A stretch of 62,749 nt of DNA, counting the filler. It is 4 parts of 4 records of this genome, joined end to end, with 100 filler letters (N's around TTAATTAATTAA, not from the genome) between each part and the next. Parts side by side here need not be neighbours in the genome. Positions count along the whole stretch, not along the records: positions 1 to 28,504 come from SRR20825010_3742; 3 more parts are not named here. The stretch is one strand, 5' to 3'. Each line of letters starts with the position of its first letter. Within the stretch, counting starts at the first letter, position 1. The notes below the pieces were generated by a model. The model saw nothing but the letters and a program-made list of their open reading frames with translations, ran no database searches and had not been told where the DNA came from. Made by a program: the position numbers and the translations under genes. Positions 1 through 8,760 of the stretch are shown here, piece by piece.

Positions 1-2
1 AC

Positions 3-27
3 CGTAGCCGGATTCGCCAGAATTCGG
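3..27. repeat. Half of a planctomycete REP-like intergenic repeat (GTAGCCGGATTCGCCAGAATTCGG)
   Basis: GTAG-initiated, partly self-complementary sequence just beyond a gene 3' end; resembles, from recall, Rhodopirellula intergenic repeats. Partner arm not in window. Confidence 0.4.
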
Positions 28-59
28 ATCGAGTGCTGCTCCATCGCAACGAGCGCCAC

Positions 60-3000
60 CTATTTCCCGTCCGGCAACGCGACTTGGGTTGGACTCTGCA
101 GGTATCCGATCAAGTCAACCACCTGCTGCTCCGTCATCGGTTGCAACAAACCGCTTGGCATCGGTGATTGCTCGGTCACCGACTCCAGTTCGATGTCATC
201 GTTGGGCAGAACCCACGTCTGGTCCGCAGCGACGATCGTGGTCGTTTGACGTGTTCGCTGGGTGACCAGGCCAACCAACAGCCTTCCATCCACAGTGACA
301 ATCTTGGTCGCACGGTAATCTGCCCCGACCACCGAATCGGGGTCGATGATGTTGTGCAACAGATATCCAAGATCGCTCCGCTGAGCCCCGGTCAAATCCG
401 GTCCGACCTTGTTTCCGGTTCCGAACAATTGGTGACAGTTCGCACACGCGGTTTGAAACAAAGCCCTGCCGGCTGGCAAATCTGCCTGACTCAACCGTTC
501 ACGTGTCAAAGATTGCGTCCAACGGTCGATTTCTTTTTTGCGATCGTCAGGCGTGTCCTTGATTCGCCCCCAAACGTTTTCGACTCGCTCGGTCAACGCA
601 TTGTTCTCAAGTGAAAGAATCGTTCGCACATGAGAAGCGGTCAAAATGTCCTTGGGACGCTTCTTTTGCTCAATCGCAGTTAACAACACGTCGGCGAAAA
701 CGTCCCGGGAACAGAGGAGCCCCACCACGCCCGATCGCCGCGGTGCACGAAAGCGATTCAGGTTGTCGAGCAACAAACTTCCCACTTCGGGCAACTCAAT
801 GGTCGACAATGCCGGAGCCAATTTTGCATTGACGCGAGGATCCTTGATTAGTGGCATTGCTAATCGAACGATGTATGAATCGGCGATGGCATCATCTGCC
901 CCTCTGGTTTCGATCAAACCGCGGACCGCAGCCAATCGTTCCAAGACATCTGCGTTCGCATCACCAGCGATCATCGCCATCTCGCCGACACTTTGGCCTT
1001 CGCCGAACAATGTGTTCAATTTGCGAAGCGTCTCGGCGTGCTTGGTTTGCAACTCTCCGTGAGCCGACAACACGGTTTGAAAATCGCTCCAATCCTCCGG
1101 TCGCTCAGCCTTTCGGACTCCCACGATTCCGGCTGACACACCGTCCAGAAACGCTTCCGCGCATGCCACGTTGGGTTTGCCATCCAAGTCGTGATCACCG
1201 CGAAGCCGTCGAGTCACCGACGTCACCAAACGCGAAAATTCCTTCGGATGCTGGTCGACTCTTTCCGCCAAGGCTCGCGAAATGAGTCGTGTGGTCGTTG
1301 GGATTTGGCACTGCTCACCGCCAAAGAGCAACTCGTCGGGATGCTTCTCCGCACTCGACATCAGGCCGTACCAAATCATCAATCCTTGGTTGTGATCATC
1401 AGCGTCCTCGATGCCAGAATCCAATTCCGTCAAGAAGTCCGCTAAGTCACCTCGCGAACCCAAAGGCAAACGCTGCAGAATCGACGCGAGCGTCAATCGC
1501 ACCGAAGCAACATCGGCCTCCGCATGCGACAGGATATCGCTCGAATAAGCACGGTATTCGTCATGCACCTTCTCCTCGGCTGCCACACTCGCCGACGTAG
1601 GTCCAAACACATCGTCAATCGGCCAGTGTTGCGCCATCAATCGAAAGCACCACGCGCGGACGTGCGGCGATGGATCGGCAACACCTTCGAGCAACGTTTT
1701 CCGAGTCAGTCCTTCGGAAACATTGAGCGTCCAGAGCATTCGCAATCGTTGCTGCGGATCGGTCGAATCGTAATCCTGGAACCATTTGACCAACTCAGCG
1801 TTCAGCTCGCTTGCGTCCGCTCCGCTGGCAACAGCCTCAGCGACCTGCAAACGCGACTGGTGTGAGAACCAACGGTCGTCACCGAGCTGGAACGCGATGG
1901 TTTGCTCAACGTTGATTCCAGATTCGTTCAGCTTTGTCAACCGATCGGCCACGTCGTCTGGCGTCCCGGCTTCGTAACGAATTTGAAAGATGCGACCGCT
2001 GGATCGGTGAACTCCCGAGTGTTCATGGCATTCGCCCAAGTCCGCCCAGTCCAAAACAATCACGTTGCCATCCGGCCCTGCAGACATTTCCATCCCGCGG
2101 AACCAAACATCGTCGCTCAGGAACAGGTCTTTCTCGTGCTTGCCAACATACCCCGTTCCTTGAGGTTCCAGGCGTTCGCGATTCACACGACGCCCATGAA
2201 AGTTCAGCGTGTACAAATCGTCTTGGTACTCGGTCGGCCAAGTCGACTCTTGGTAAATCATCATGCCAACGTGAGCGTGTCCGCCGCCGTAATCGTTCGC
2301 CGCTCCATCGCGTGAGTCTTGCCATTTGCCGGACGTGTCAAAGTGGTAATGATCGGCGTGCTGATCGATCAACTCGTAGGCGTTGGGGTTCGGATCCAAA
2401 GTGAATGGTCGGTGGAAGTGGGCGCCGTGGATGCCATGCCACAGATGGCCGTTGACGGTGTTGATGAAGAACAACTCTCCGTTGCGATCAAAGTCATGGC
2501 CCCAAGGGTTGGTGGTGCCATGGCAGAGCACTTCGAAGTGACGCGTGTCCACGTTGTATCGCCAAATGCCACCTTCAAGTGCCGTCCGCTCCGCATCGGG
2601 TGTTCCTGGCAAGCCGATTCGCCCCGGACAAGATCCACCGCATCGTCCGTACAGCCAGCCGTCCGGCCCGAACCTCAAACCGTTGGCCAGATTGTGATAG
2701 TTCTGCTCCGCGATCGTGAACCCATCCAAGATGACTTGCGGAGGACCATCGGGAACCGCGTCCCCGTCAGCATCAGGAACAAACAACAATTGCGGCGGGC
2801 ACATCAACCACACGCCGCCTCGCCCCACTTCGACGCTGGTCAAATGCTGCACGGAATCCAGAAATACAGATCGTGACTCAGCGACTCCGTCAAGATTCTC
2901 GTCCTTGAACACCAGCACGCGATCGCGTTGATCGTCTCGCCAGGACACCCCACGCTGACCGTAGGTGTAATTCTCCGCGACCCACAGTTGGCCCTTCCGG

Positions 3001-3356
3001 TCCCAAGCCAAATCAATTGGGTTTTGCACGTCCGGTTCACTCGCAAATACCGTTGCGGTGAATCCCTCGGGCATCTCCAGCGAATCGGCTGCTTCTCGCG
3101 GAGACAACAGAGGGGGCCCGGCGAGCTTGCCGTCGGCGTTTAATTCTGCGAGAGGTTCCGTGTTGATTGGGGTGGGGAAATCATCCGCCGCCGCGGGCAA
3201 ACCCAGCACAACGAACGTGAACAAACAGCTCACCCATGTCCACTCACGCGTTTGGCGGGATTTCGGCGTTTGCTGAGCCCAGCCGTGCTGTGTCCCCACC
3301 CGTGCAATTTTTGCGTGATCAACGTAGAACATGTATGTCATTTTCGTTTCGAACAA
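60..3356 (-). CDS. PVC-type heme-binding CxxCH protein (putative membrane-bound dehydrogenase propeller + helical repeats + cytochrome c)
   Basis: N-terminal FASEPDVQNP..WDRKGQLWVAE, NGLRFGPDGWLYG and TTNPWG motifs; C-terminal GRALFQTACANCH..VGPDLT heme-c domain; hydrophobic signal ending AAA-D. True start probably slightly internal to the ORF call. Confidence 0.88.
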   Translation of the reverse strand: MFETKMTYMFYVDHAKIARVGTQHGWAQQTPKSRQTREWTWVSCLFTFVVLGLPAAADDFPTPINTEPLAELNADGKLAGPPLLSPREAADSLEMPEGFTATVFASEPDVQNPIDLAWDRKGQLWVAENYTYGQRGVSWRDDQRDRVLVFKDENLDGVAESRSVFLDSVQHLTSVEVGRGGVWLMCPPQLLFVPDADGDAVPDGPPQVILDGFTIAEQNYHNLANGLRFGPDGWLYGRCGGSCPGRIGLPGTPDAERTALEGGIWRYNVDTRHFEVLCHGTTNPWGHDFDRNGELFFINTVNGHLWHGIHGAHFHRPFTLDPNPNAYELIDQHADHYHFDTSGKWQDSRDGAANDYGGGHAHVGMMIYQESTWPTEYQDDLYTLNFHGRRVNRERLEPQGTGYVGKHEKDLFLSDDVWFRGMEMSAGPDGNVIVLDWADLGECHEHSGVHRSSGRIFQIRYEAGTPDDVADRLTKLNESGINVEQTIAFQLGDDRWFSHQSRLQVAEAVASGADASELNAELVKWFQDYDSTDPQQRLRMLWTLNVSEGLTRKTLLEGVADPSPHVRAWCFRLMAQHWPIDDVFGPTSASVAAEEKVHDEYRAYSSDILSHAEADVASVRLTLASILQRLPLGSRGDLADFLTELDSGIEDADDHNQGLMIWYGLMSSAEKHPDELLFGGEQCQIPTTTRLISRALAERVDQHPKEFSRLVTSVTRRLRGDHDLDGKPNVACAEAFLDGVSAGIVGVRKAERPEDWSDFQTVLSAHGELQTKHAETLRKLNTLFGEGQSVGEMAMIAGDANADVLERLAAVRGLIETRGADDAIADSYIVRLAMPLIKDPRVNAKLAPALSTIELPEVGSLLLDNLNRFRAPRRSGVVGLLCSRDVFADVLLTAIEQKKRPKDILTASHVRTILSLENNALTERVENVWGRIKDTPDDRKKEIDRWTQSLTRERLSQADLPAGRALFQTACANCHQLFGTGNKVGPDLTGAQRSDLGYLLHNIIDPDSVVGADYRATKIVTVDGRLLVGLVTQRTRQTTTIVAADQTWVLPNDDIELESVTEQSPMPSGLLQPMTEQQVVDLIGYLQSPTQVALPDGK

Positions 3357-3367
3357 GAAAGATTGAT

Positions 3368-4357
3368 ATGCGGCGAATCGGCAATTTTTCCGATCCCAAA
3401 CTGGCGGACCAATTCAACGACTATCTGCAGACCCTGAAGATCCCTGCGAAAGTCGACCACGACGAAAGCTCCCATGATATCTGGATTCGCGACGAGAAAG
3501 ATGTCGCGACGGCCCGAGAAGCCATGGATGAGTTCAAACAGTCACCCGGTGCGGCAAAGTTTGACGTCACCGCCGAAGCCGCACGCCTGCGAAAGGAAGA
3601 GGAAGCGGAAAAGAAACGCAAACTCGCTTTGCAACAGAAAGCACAGAAGAAACTGCGAGGGACGTCAGGTGCTTTTGGTGGCCGGACTGCAAGAACCGGC
3701 AACATCCCTGTTGTCATCGGCATGATCATTATCTGTGGGATCGCCAGCGTTTCGACGGACTTCAATCCGCAGTTGGATCTGTCAGTGATTCTCGAGCAAA
3801 TCAACTCTCCCCCGGAGGTCCGAGGCGAACAACTCACCGCTCGAGAAAAACTAGTCGTGGCTCTGAATTTTGCGAGCCCAATCGATTATGCGACGACGGG
3901 TGACGCATGGGTCTCGATCAAAAAGGGCGAGATCTGGCGGTTGGTCACACCAGCCTTTCTGCATGGCTCGACGATGCACCTGGTGTTCAACATGATGGCG
4001 TTGTTCACTCTTGGCAGCGTCGTTGAGCGTTTGCATGGCTCGTGGTTTCTTGCATCGTTGCTGCTTGTTTCGCATATCATCGGCATGATTGTCCAAGTCG
4101 TGTTGCCGGACTGGCTCGAAAGCCCCATGGCGGTTGGTGCATCCGGAGCGGTGTTCGGCGTTTTCGGATTCATATGGATTCGACCTCGCTTCCAACCTTC
4201 GTATCCAGTGGGCATCCCGCCGTTCAATGTTTATTTGATGCTCGGGTTTATGTTTGCTTGCATGACACCACTGATACAGGGCATCGCCAACGGCGCCCAC
4301 GTTGGTGGCCTTCTGACCGGGATGGCTGTCGCTGCATTAGCCCCCAAAAGCATCTGA
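3368..4357 (+). CDS. Rhomboid family intramembrane serine protease (GlpG-like)
   Basis: WRLVTPAFLH, HLVFN, catalytic GASG and AHVGG motifs; soluble N-terminal domain. Start moved to in-frame ATG 3368 (MRRIG) to avoid overlap with the divergent gene. Confidence 0.92.
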   Translation: MRRIGNFSDPKLADQFNDYLQTLKIPAKVDHDESSHDIWIRDEKDVATAREAMDEFKQSPGAAKFDVTAEAARLRKEEEAEKKRKLALQQKAQKKLRGTSGAFGGRTARTGNIPVVIGMIIICGIASVSTDFNPQLDLSVILEQINSPPEVRGEQLTAREKLVVALNFASPIDYATTGDAWVSIKKGEIWRLVTPAFLHGSTMHLVFNMMALFTLGSVVERLHGSWFLASLLLVSHIIGMIVQVVLPDWLESPMAVGASGAVFGVFGFIWIRPRFQPSYPVGIPPFNVYLMLGFMFACMTPLIQGIANGAHVGGLLTGMAVAALAPKSI

Positions 4358-4506
4358 CGATCCGTCGTCACAACGTCAAAGCATTCAGGCAGGCCGGATC
4401 AAGCCACTTCAGCGCCGCTCCGGCAGCCAACCTCCGACCGTCGAACGGTTCAGCTAAACTCGTGGGCAAACTCCGTAACTCATGTTTGCTCCCCGTTTGA
4501 CGTCAG

Positions 4507-6039
4507 GTGACCAGGTTGTTGTCGTTTTCACCGAAGATCGCTTTCAATCACATCGCGACGACTTGCCGACTGTTCGCTCCGCTCGCCATCGCAGCGCTGT
4601 TCCTCCGACCAGCACTCGGCGATGATCGTCCCAACGTCCTGCTGATCGTCGCCGATGATCTGAATTGTGCGATCGGTCCCTACGGCGACCCCAACGCGAT
4701 CACACCGAACTTGGACGCTCTCGCGAACCGCGGGCTAGTATTCGATCGAGCCTACTGCCAACAAGCCGTCTGCAATCCGTCGCGTTCATCATTCCTGACC
4801 GGACTCCGCCCCACGACGGTGGGTGTCGATGACCTTCGCAAAAGTTTTCGCGAGACCGCTCCGAACGGTGCGTCATTGGTCACGCTGCCTCAACATTTCA
4901 AAAACCATGGTTACTATTGCCAGGACATTGGCAAAATCTTTCACAACATGGGCGACACCCAAGACCGCCAATCTTGGTCCATGGACGAAGTCTTGCACGC
5001 GGGAACGCATGCTGCCGACACGGTGCATTCCAATACGCCCGTCGCTCTCCGTGCTCGCAAGCTAAAAAAGGCTCCCGCGACCGAGGCGCTCAACGTTCCC
5101 GACACAGCCTACCGCGATGGCCAAATCGCTCGTTTGGCAGCCTCCATCATCCGTGACTACCCCGACGACGCGGCACCATTCTTTTTAGGCGTCGGCTTCT
5201 GGCGCCCGCATTTGCCATTCGTTGCACCAAAGAAGTACTGGGACCTCTACGATCCTGATGAGATTTCATCACCCCAGCTCGAAACCAGTCCGGTTGATGT
5301 CCCCGATATCGCGATGCACATTTCGCGTGAGTTGCACGGATACGATGGAATCCCCAAGGAAGCCGAATTGTCACCGGAGTTGAAACGGCAGCTTCGCCAC
5401 GGCTACTACGCCTCGATCAGCTTTCTGGACGCTCAAGTCGGACTGATTCTGAATGCCCTCGAAGCAAGTGGCCACGACAACGACACCATCGTCGCGTTTG
5501 TCTCGGACCACGGATTCCATATTGGTGAGAAGACCTTGTGGGGCAAAACCAGCAACTTCGAACTCGACGCTCGTGTGCCACTCATCATTGCCGATCCACG
5601 AGTCGACCGAACGCAGCCCCGAACCGATTGCTTGACCGAGTTGGTCGACCTTTACCCAACGCTCACTTCGTTCGCCGGTATCGCAAATGATCTGCCCGAA
5701 AATCTCGAAGGTGACGACCTCTCATCGCTGCTGATAAACCCCAATCTAACGCTCAAGACTGCCGCGTTCACTCAGCACCAACATCCGTTCTATGCACCAC
5801 GCGAGAAGTGGATCGCTTGGGGATACTCCGTCCGAACTGCCGACTGGCGATATACCCAGTGGAGATCTATCCAAGACGACCATGTCATCGCCGAAGAACT
5901 CTACGATCATCGGAACGACCCAAACGAGAGCCAAAACGTTGCCGTCCAATTCCCCGACGTTGTCCAACAACACTCACAAAGGCTGATCAAACATTTCAAC
6001 CTTTCGAAAAAGGCACCTTCGGCGAAATCTGACTTTTAG
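4507..6039 (+). CDS. Exported formylglycine-dependent sulfatase (iduronate-2-sulfatase-like)
   Basis: Signal peptide, PNVLLIVADDL, AYCQQAVCNPSRSS (CxPxR), GKIFH, RPHLPF, SDHG, WGK. Confidence 0.93.
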   Translation: MTRLLSFSPKIAFNHIATTCRLFAPLAIAALFLRPALGDDRPNVLLIVADDLNCAIGPYGDPNAITPNLDALANRGLVFDRAYCQQAVCNPSRSSFLTGLRPTTVGVDDLRKSFRETAPNGASLVTLPQHFKNHGYYCQDIGKIFHNMGDTQDRQSWSMDEVLHAGTHAADTVHSNTPVALRARKLKKAPATEALNVPDTAYRDGQIARLAASIIRDYPDDAAPFFLGVGFWRPHLPFVAPKKYWDLYDPDEISSPQLETSPVDVPDIAMHISRELHGYDGIPKEAELSPELKRQLRHGYYASISFLDAQVGLILNALEASGHDNDTIVAFVSDHGFHIGEKTLWGKTSNFELDARVPLIIADPRVDRTQPRTDCLTELVDLYPTLTSFAGIANDLPENLEGDDLSSLLINPNLTLKTAAFTQHQHPFYAPREKWIAWGYSVRTADWRYTQWRSIQDDHVIAEELYDHRNDPNESQNVAVQFPDVVQQHSQRLIKHFNLSKKAPSAKSDF

Positions 6040-6087
6040 TCCAAGCGTCTATCACCGACATGACCTCTTGTTGACGCTCGGCATATC

Positions 6088-6145
6088 AGCCGCATGGCGC
6101 TAGCCACGGTTTCCATGATCAACCGTGGCAAACGTCAAAATCGCT
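6088..6145. repeat. Palindromic intergenic repeat between convergent genes
   Basis: Perfect 9-bp arms GCCACGGTT (6103-6111) / AACCGTGGC (6121-6129) within a longer imperfect palindrome. Confidence 0.5.
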
Positions 6146-6226
6146 CACCAGGCTGTCCGTAATCAAACGACGCGAGTTCCCTGGATCGCTGAAACATAGA
6201 ACGACCTCAGATTAAACAACTCGGTT

Positions 6227-6727
6227 CTATGAATCCAAAGTGGCGGGAATTCGTTTTCCTCTAACACCAACATCGCCGAGGATTAGCGCAACGATTGCCA
6301 TCATGCCGAATGGGACCCCGAAAGCGACAAGCGGGGACAGAATCGGAATGGAGCACAGAATCGCAGCGAGATAGGACAACGCCCTTTTCCTACCCGCGAA
6401 CATGCTGCGTGCACCAAACCACTGAACAAAATGCACCACGATCGCCAAAACGTAAGCGAGATACCCATTCAATCTCAACGGGTAAGACCGCAATAGATTT
6501 GCCGTCGGCGTCCCGGTCAGACTGATGAACAGAGCAACCGTCGACAAGATCAAGAGCGGCACCGCAAAGCTACGCTCCCGCTCAAACATGCTCTGATCGG
6601 GATCGTTTTCAACGATCTCCGTGCACTCAGGCGGGCTTTGATATGGATTTAAAACGCTGTCACCTGCCGAGCGTTCAATCGTTTTCATCCGTTGGGTCGT
6701 CACGCTCGGTGACGCTCTATCATTCAT
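6227..6727 (-). CDS. Hypothetical membrane protein with NPYQSP motif
   Basis: Three to four hydrophobic segments preceded by LNPYQSPP; start overlaps the stop of the upstream gene. Confidence 0.65.
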   Translation of the reverse strand: MNDRASPSVTTQRMKTIERSAGDSVLNPYQSPPECTEIVENDPDQSMFERERSFAVPLLILSTVALFISLTGTPTANLLRSYPLRLNGYLAYVLAIVVHFVQWFGARSMFAGRKRALSYLAAILCSIPILSPLVAFGVPFGMMAIVALILGDVGVRGKRIPATLDS

Positions 6728-7169
6728 CGCACGTATTCTTCCCGGCGTCGGACTCGGCAGTGTTCAAATTAGCAATCAAATCCTTGAATGCCTTTTGAGC
6801 GGTGTCGATCAATCGCCCCATCTCGAGCTGTGCTGCTTTCATTCGCTTGAGACGTTCCAAGTTTTTCACGTCCCGGCCCGACCGGATGCCTTGCAACAAT
6901 CCGGCCACCGATGATTGCCAGCGACTCGCGATCACGTTGAACTCGTTTCTCAATTGAGTCACCTGGTCCAACGATTTGTGTGTCCGACCCTGCTGATCTT
7001 CTTTTTCGGCCTCAGCGAGCTGACACGCAAACAAATGAAACCCTTTCAATCCGCCGACAACACGTCCGTTGGGCAGACCGCGAATTTCACCGCCGGGCAG
7101 AGATTGCGTCCGCCTCACAGTTGCGAGAACCAGAGCGAACTGTCCGCGTCTCTCATAGTCAAGACTCAT
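6720..7169 (-). CDS. Hypothetical protein (helical/coiled-coil)
   Basis: In-frame ATG at 7169 (MSLDYER) preceded by GGAG; fills the gap in a same-strand gene run. No family recognised. Confidence 0.55.
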   Translation of the reverse strand: MSLDYERRGQFALVLATVRRTQSLPGGEIRGLPNGRVVGGLKGFHLFACQLAEAEKEDQQGRTHKSLDQVTQLRNEFNVIASRWQSSVAGLLQGIRSGRDVKNLERLKRMKAAQLEMGRLIDTAQKAFKDLIANLNTAESDAGKNTCDE

Positions 7170-7320
7170 CTCAGCTCCCGAATTCACGTTCAACAAGTCA
7201 ATCCAAGTTCGACACAAACAGCATACCGTTTTGGCTCAGGTGACCGCATGAAGGGTATTGCGGTTGTCGATGCGGATGGCTTTGGAATGAACCAGGTACC
7301 AAACATCGCCACTGTCGCTA

Positions 7321-7644
7321 TCAAGATGTACCGGAAGCTTTTGCCAGAAGTCGTCGAACTTGCCATCGAAAGGTCAGCCACGAAACCGGCAATCCAGCAA
7401 AAAATCCCGCCAATGCACTCGCGATTCGCATCGCTTGTGTGGGCTGACCCAAACCACCGAGAACACCTCCAATGAAAGCACCTGCGAACGCGCCGGCGAC
7501 GGCCCCGCCGATGGTCGCCACAACGACAAACAGAAACCACGCCAAAGCAATTTGCCCTTCGCCGATCGAATAACCACTATCGGTCAGCAAGACTTCGTTC
7601 TGAGGGGCCATTTCAGACGACTGATACGGACTCGGCTCGTTCAT
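7321..7644 (-). CDS. Small Gly/Ala-rich membrane protein with SPYQS motif
   Basis: ATG 7644 (MNEPSPYQSS) preceded by AGGTG; glycine-zipper-like TM segments GGAVAGAFAGAFIGGVLGG. Confidence 0.65.
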   Translation of the reverse strand: MNEPSPYQSSEMAPQNEVLLTDSGYSIGEGQIALAWFLFVVVATIGGAVAGAFAGAFIGGVLGGLGQPTQAMRIASALAGFFAGLPVSWLTFRWQVRRLLAKASGTS

Positions 7645-7769
7645 CGGAATCACCTGCGATCGAAAATGGAAGTGACAAAGAATACCAATTGTCTTCCATG
7701 CCCGCATGGTGATCCAAAGAAACCTATCTCGTAGAAGAATTGGTCCATGCGGCCAAGCACACTTCACGG

Positions 7770-8693
7770 TCACTCGTCCAGTTCCCACACCCGGACATAG
7801 TCGATCTGCATGCTGGTCGGGAATTCGGTCGCCGGATGTGACTCGTTGGCACGCAAACGATTGTTGCCGAACACCGCGTATGGCTCGCGCAACCCCAGTG
7901 AGATCGCAACGTTCATCTCGCGGTGCCAATACGTGTTCTTTTGCCGCCCGACCTCGATCCCATCGACGTACCAATTGATTTCATCACGTCCAACGTTGCA
8001 TCCATAGGTGTGAAAGTCCTTCCCAGGATCGAATGGAGCGTGATACTCAATCGCTTGGGTCGCTTTAAATCTCACGTCGTTGGGGCGTTGCCAACTTCTG
8101 CCCGCGATGCCGCCGGTTCCGTTGGACAAGATCGCGTGAAGATTGTGATCCATGATCCGTTCGTTTCCCTCAATACGATTTCCACGCTGAGACATCTCCA
8201 CGACGTCAATCTCACTGTAGCGAACCGCCTCTTTCTCGACGATCGTGTCGTCGATTTTGCTGTACATCCAAAACGAAGGGCACACGCCGGGAAATACAGG
8301 CGAACCCTTGATTCTCGCTTCGTAGTATCCGTACGTCCCTACCGCGTAGGACTTCAGCATCGCGGAAGTGAACGGCGTCGGATTTCCGCTTTGATCCCGC
8401 CGAGATGCCTTGGTGTCGTCCTGCCTCAATCGGCGGACCGTTAGCGTGAGCACGCCGTTTGCGGCGACTGCATTTGTTTCATTGTCCCAAGTCCACGCAC
8501 CAAAGTTTTCGGGATTCTTGTTCCACTTCTTCCAATCAACCGAGTCACGATTGAAATCGTCCGATCGATTCCATTTGATCGCCCACTTTTCTCCCGGCTT
8601 CGCGGTCAAGGGTTTGGAATTTCCGTTGGACTGTGACCATGCAAACGATGGTGCACCGAAGATGACCAAGAGCAGCGTGAGAGTACGAAACAT
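7770..8693 (-). CDS. GH16 glycoside hydrolase, kappa-carrageenase-like
   Basis: Signal peptide; SDDFN, YGYYEARIKG, GVCPSFWMYS, catalytic YSEIDVVE (ExDxxE), FHTYG, FPTSMQIDYVRVW. The YSEIDVVE context matches kappa-carrageenases from recall; substrate is inferred. Confidence 0.85.
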   Translation of the reverse strand: MFRTLTLLLVIFGAPSFAWSQSNGNSKPLTAKPGEKWAIKWNRSDDFNRDSVDWKKWNKNPENFGAWTWDNETNAVAANGVLTLTVRRLRQDDTKASRRDQSGNPTPFTSAMLKSYAVGTYGYYEARIKGSPVFPGVCPSFWMYSKIDDTIVEKEAVRYSEIDVVEMSQRGNRIEGNERIMDHNLHAILSNGTGGIAGRSWQRPNDVRFKATQAIEYHAPFDPGKDFHTYGCNVGRDEINWYVDGIEVGRQKNTYWHREMNVAISLGLREPYAVFGNNRLRANESHPATEFPTSMQIDYVRVWELDE

Positions 8694-8760
8694 TTCAGTC
8701 CAACGGATACATCATGGGTCATCGAAATAGAAAGCGAGCCGACAAGCTCGAACGATCTAG

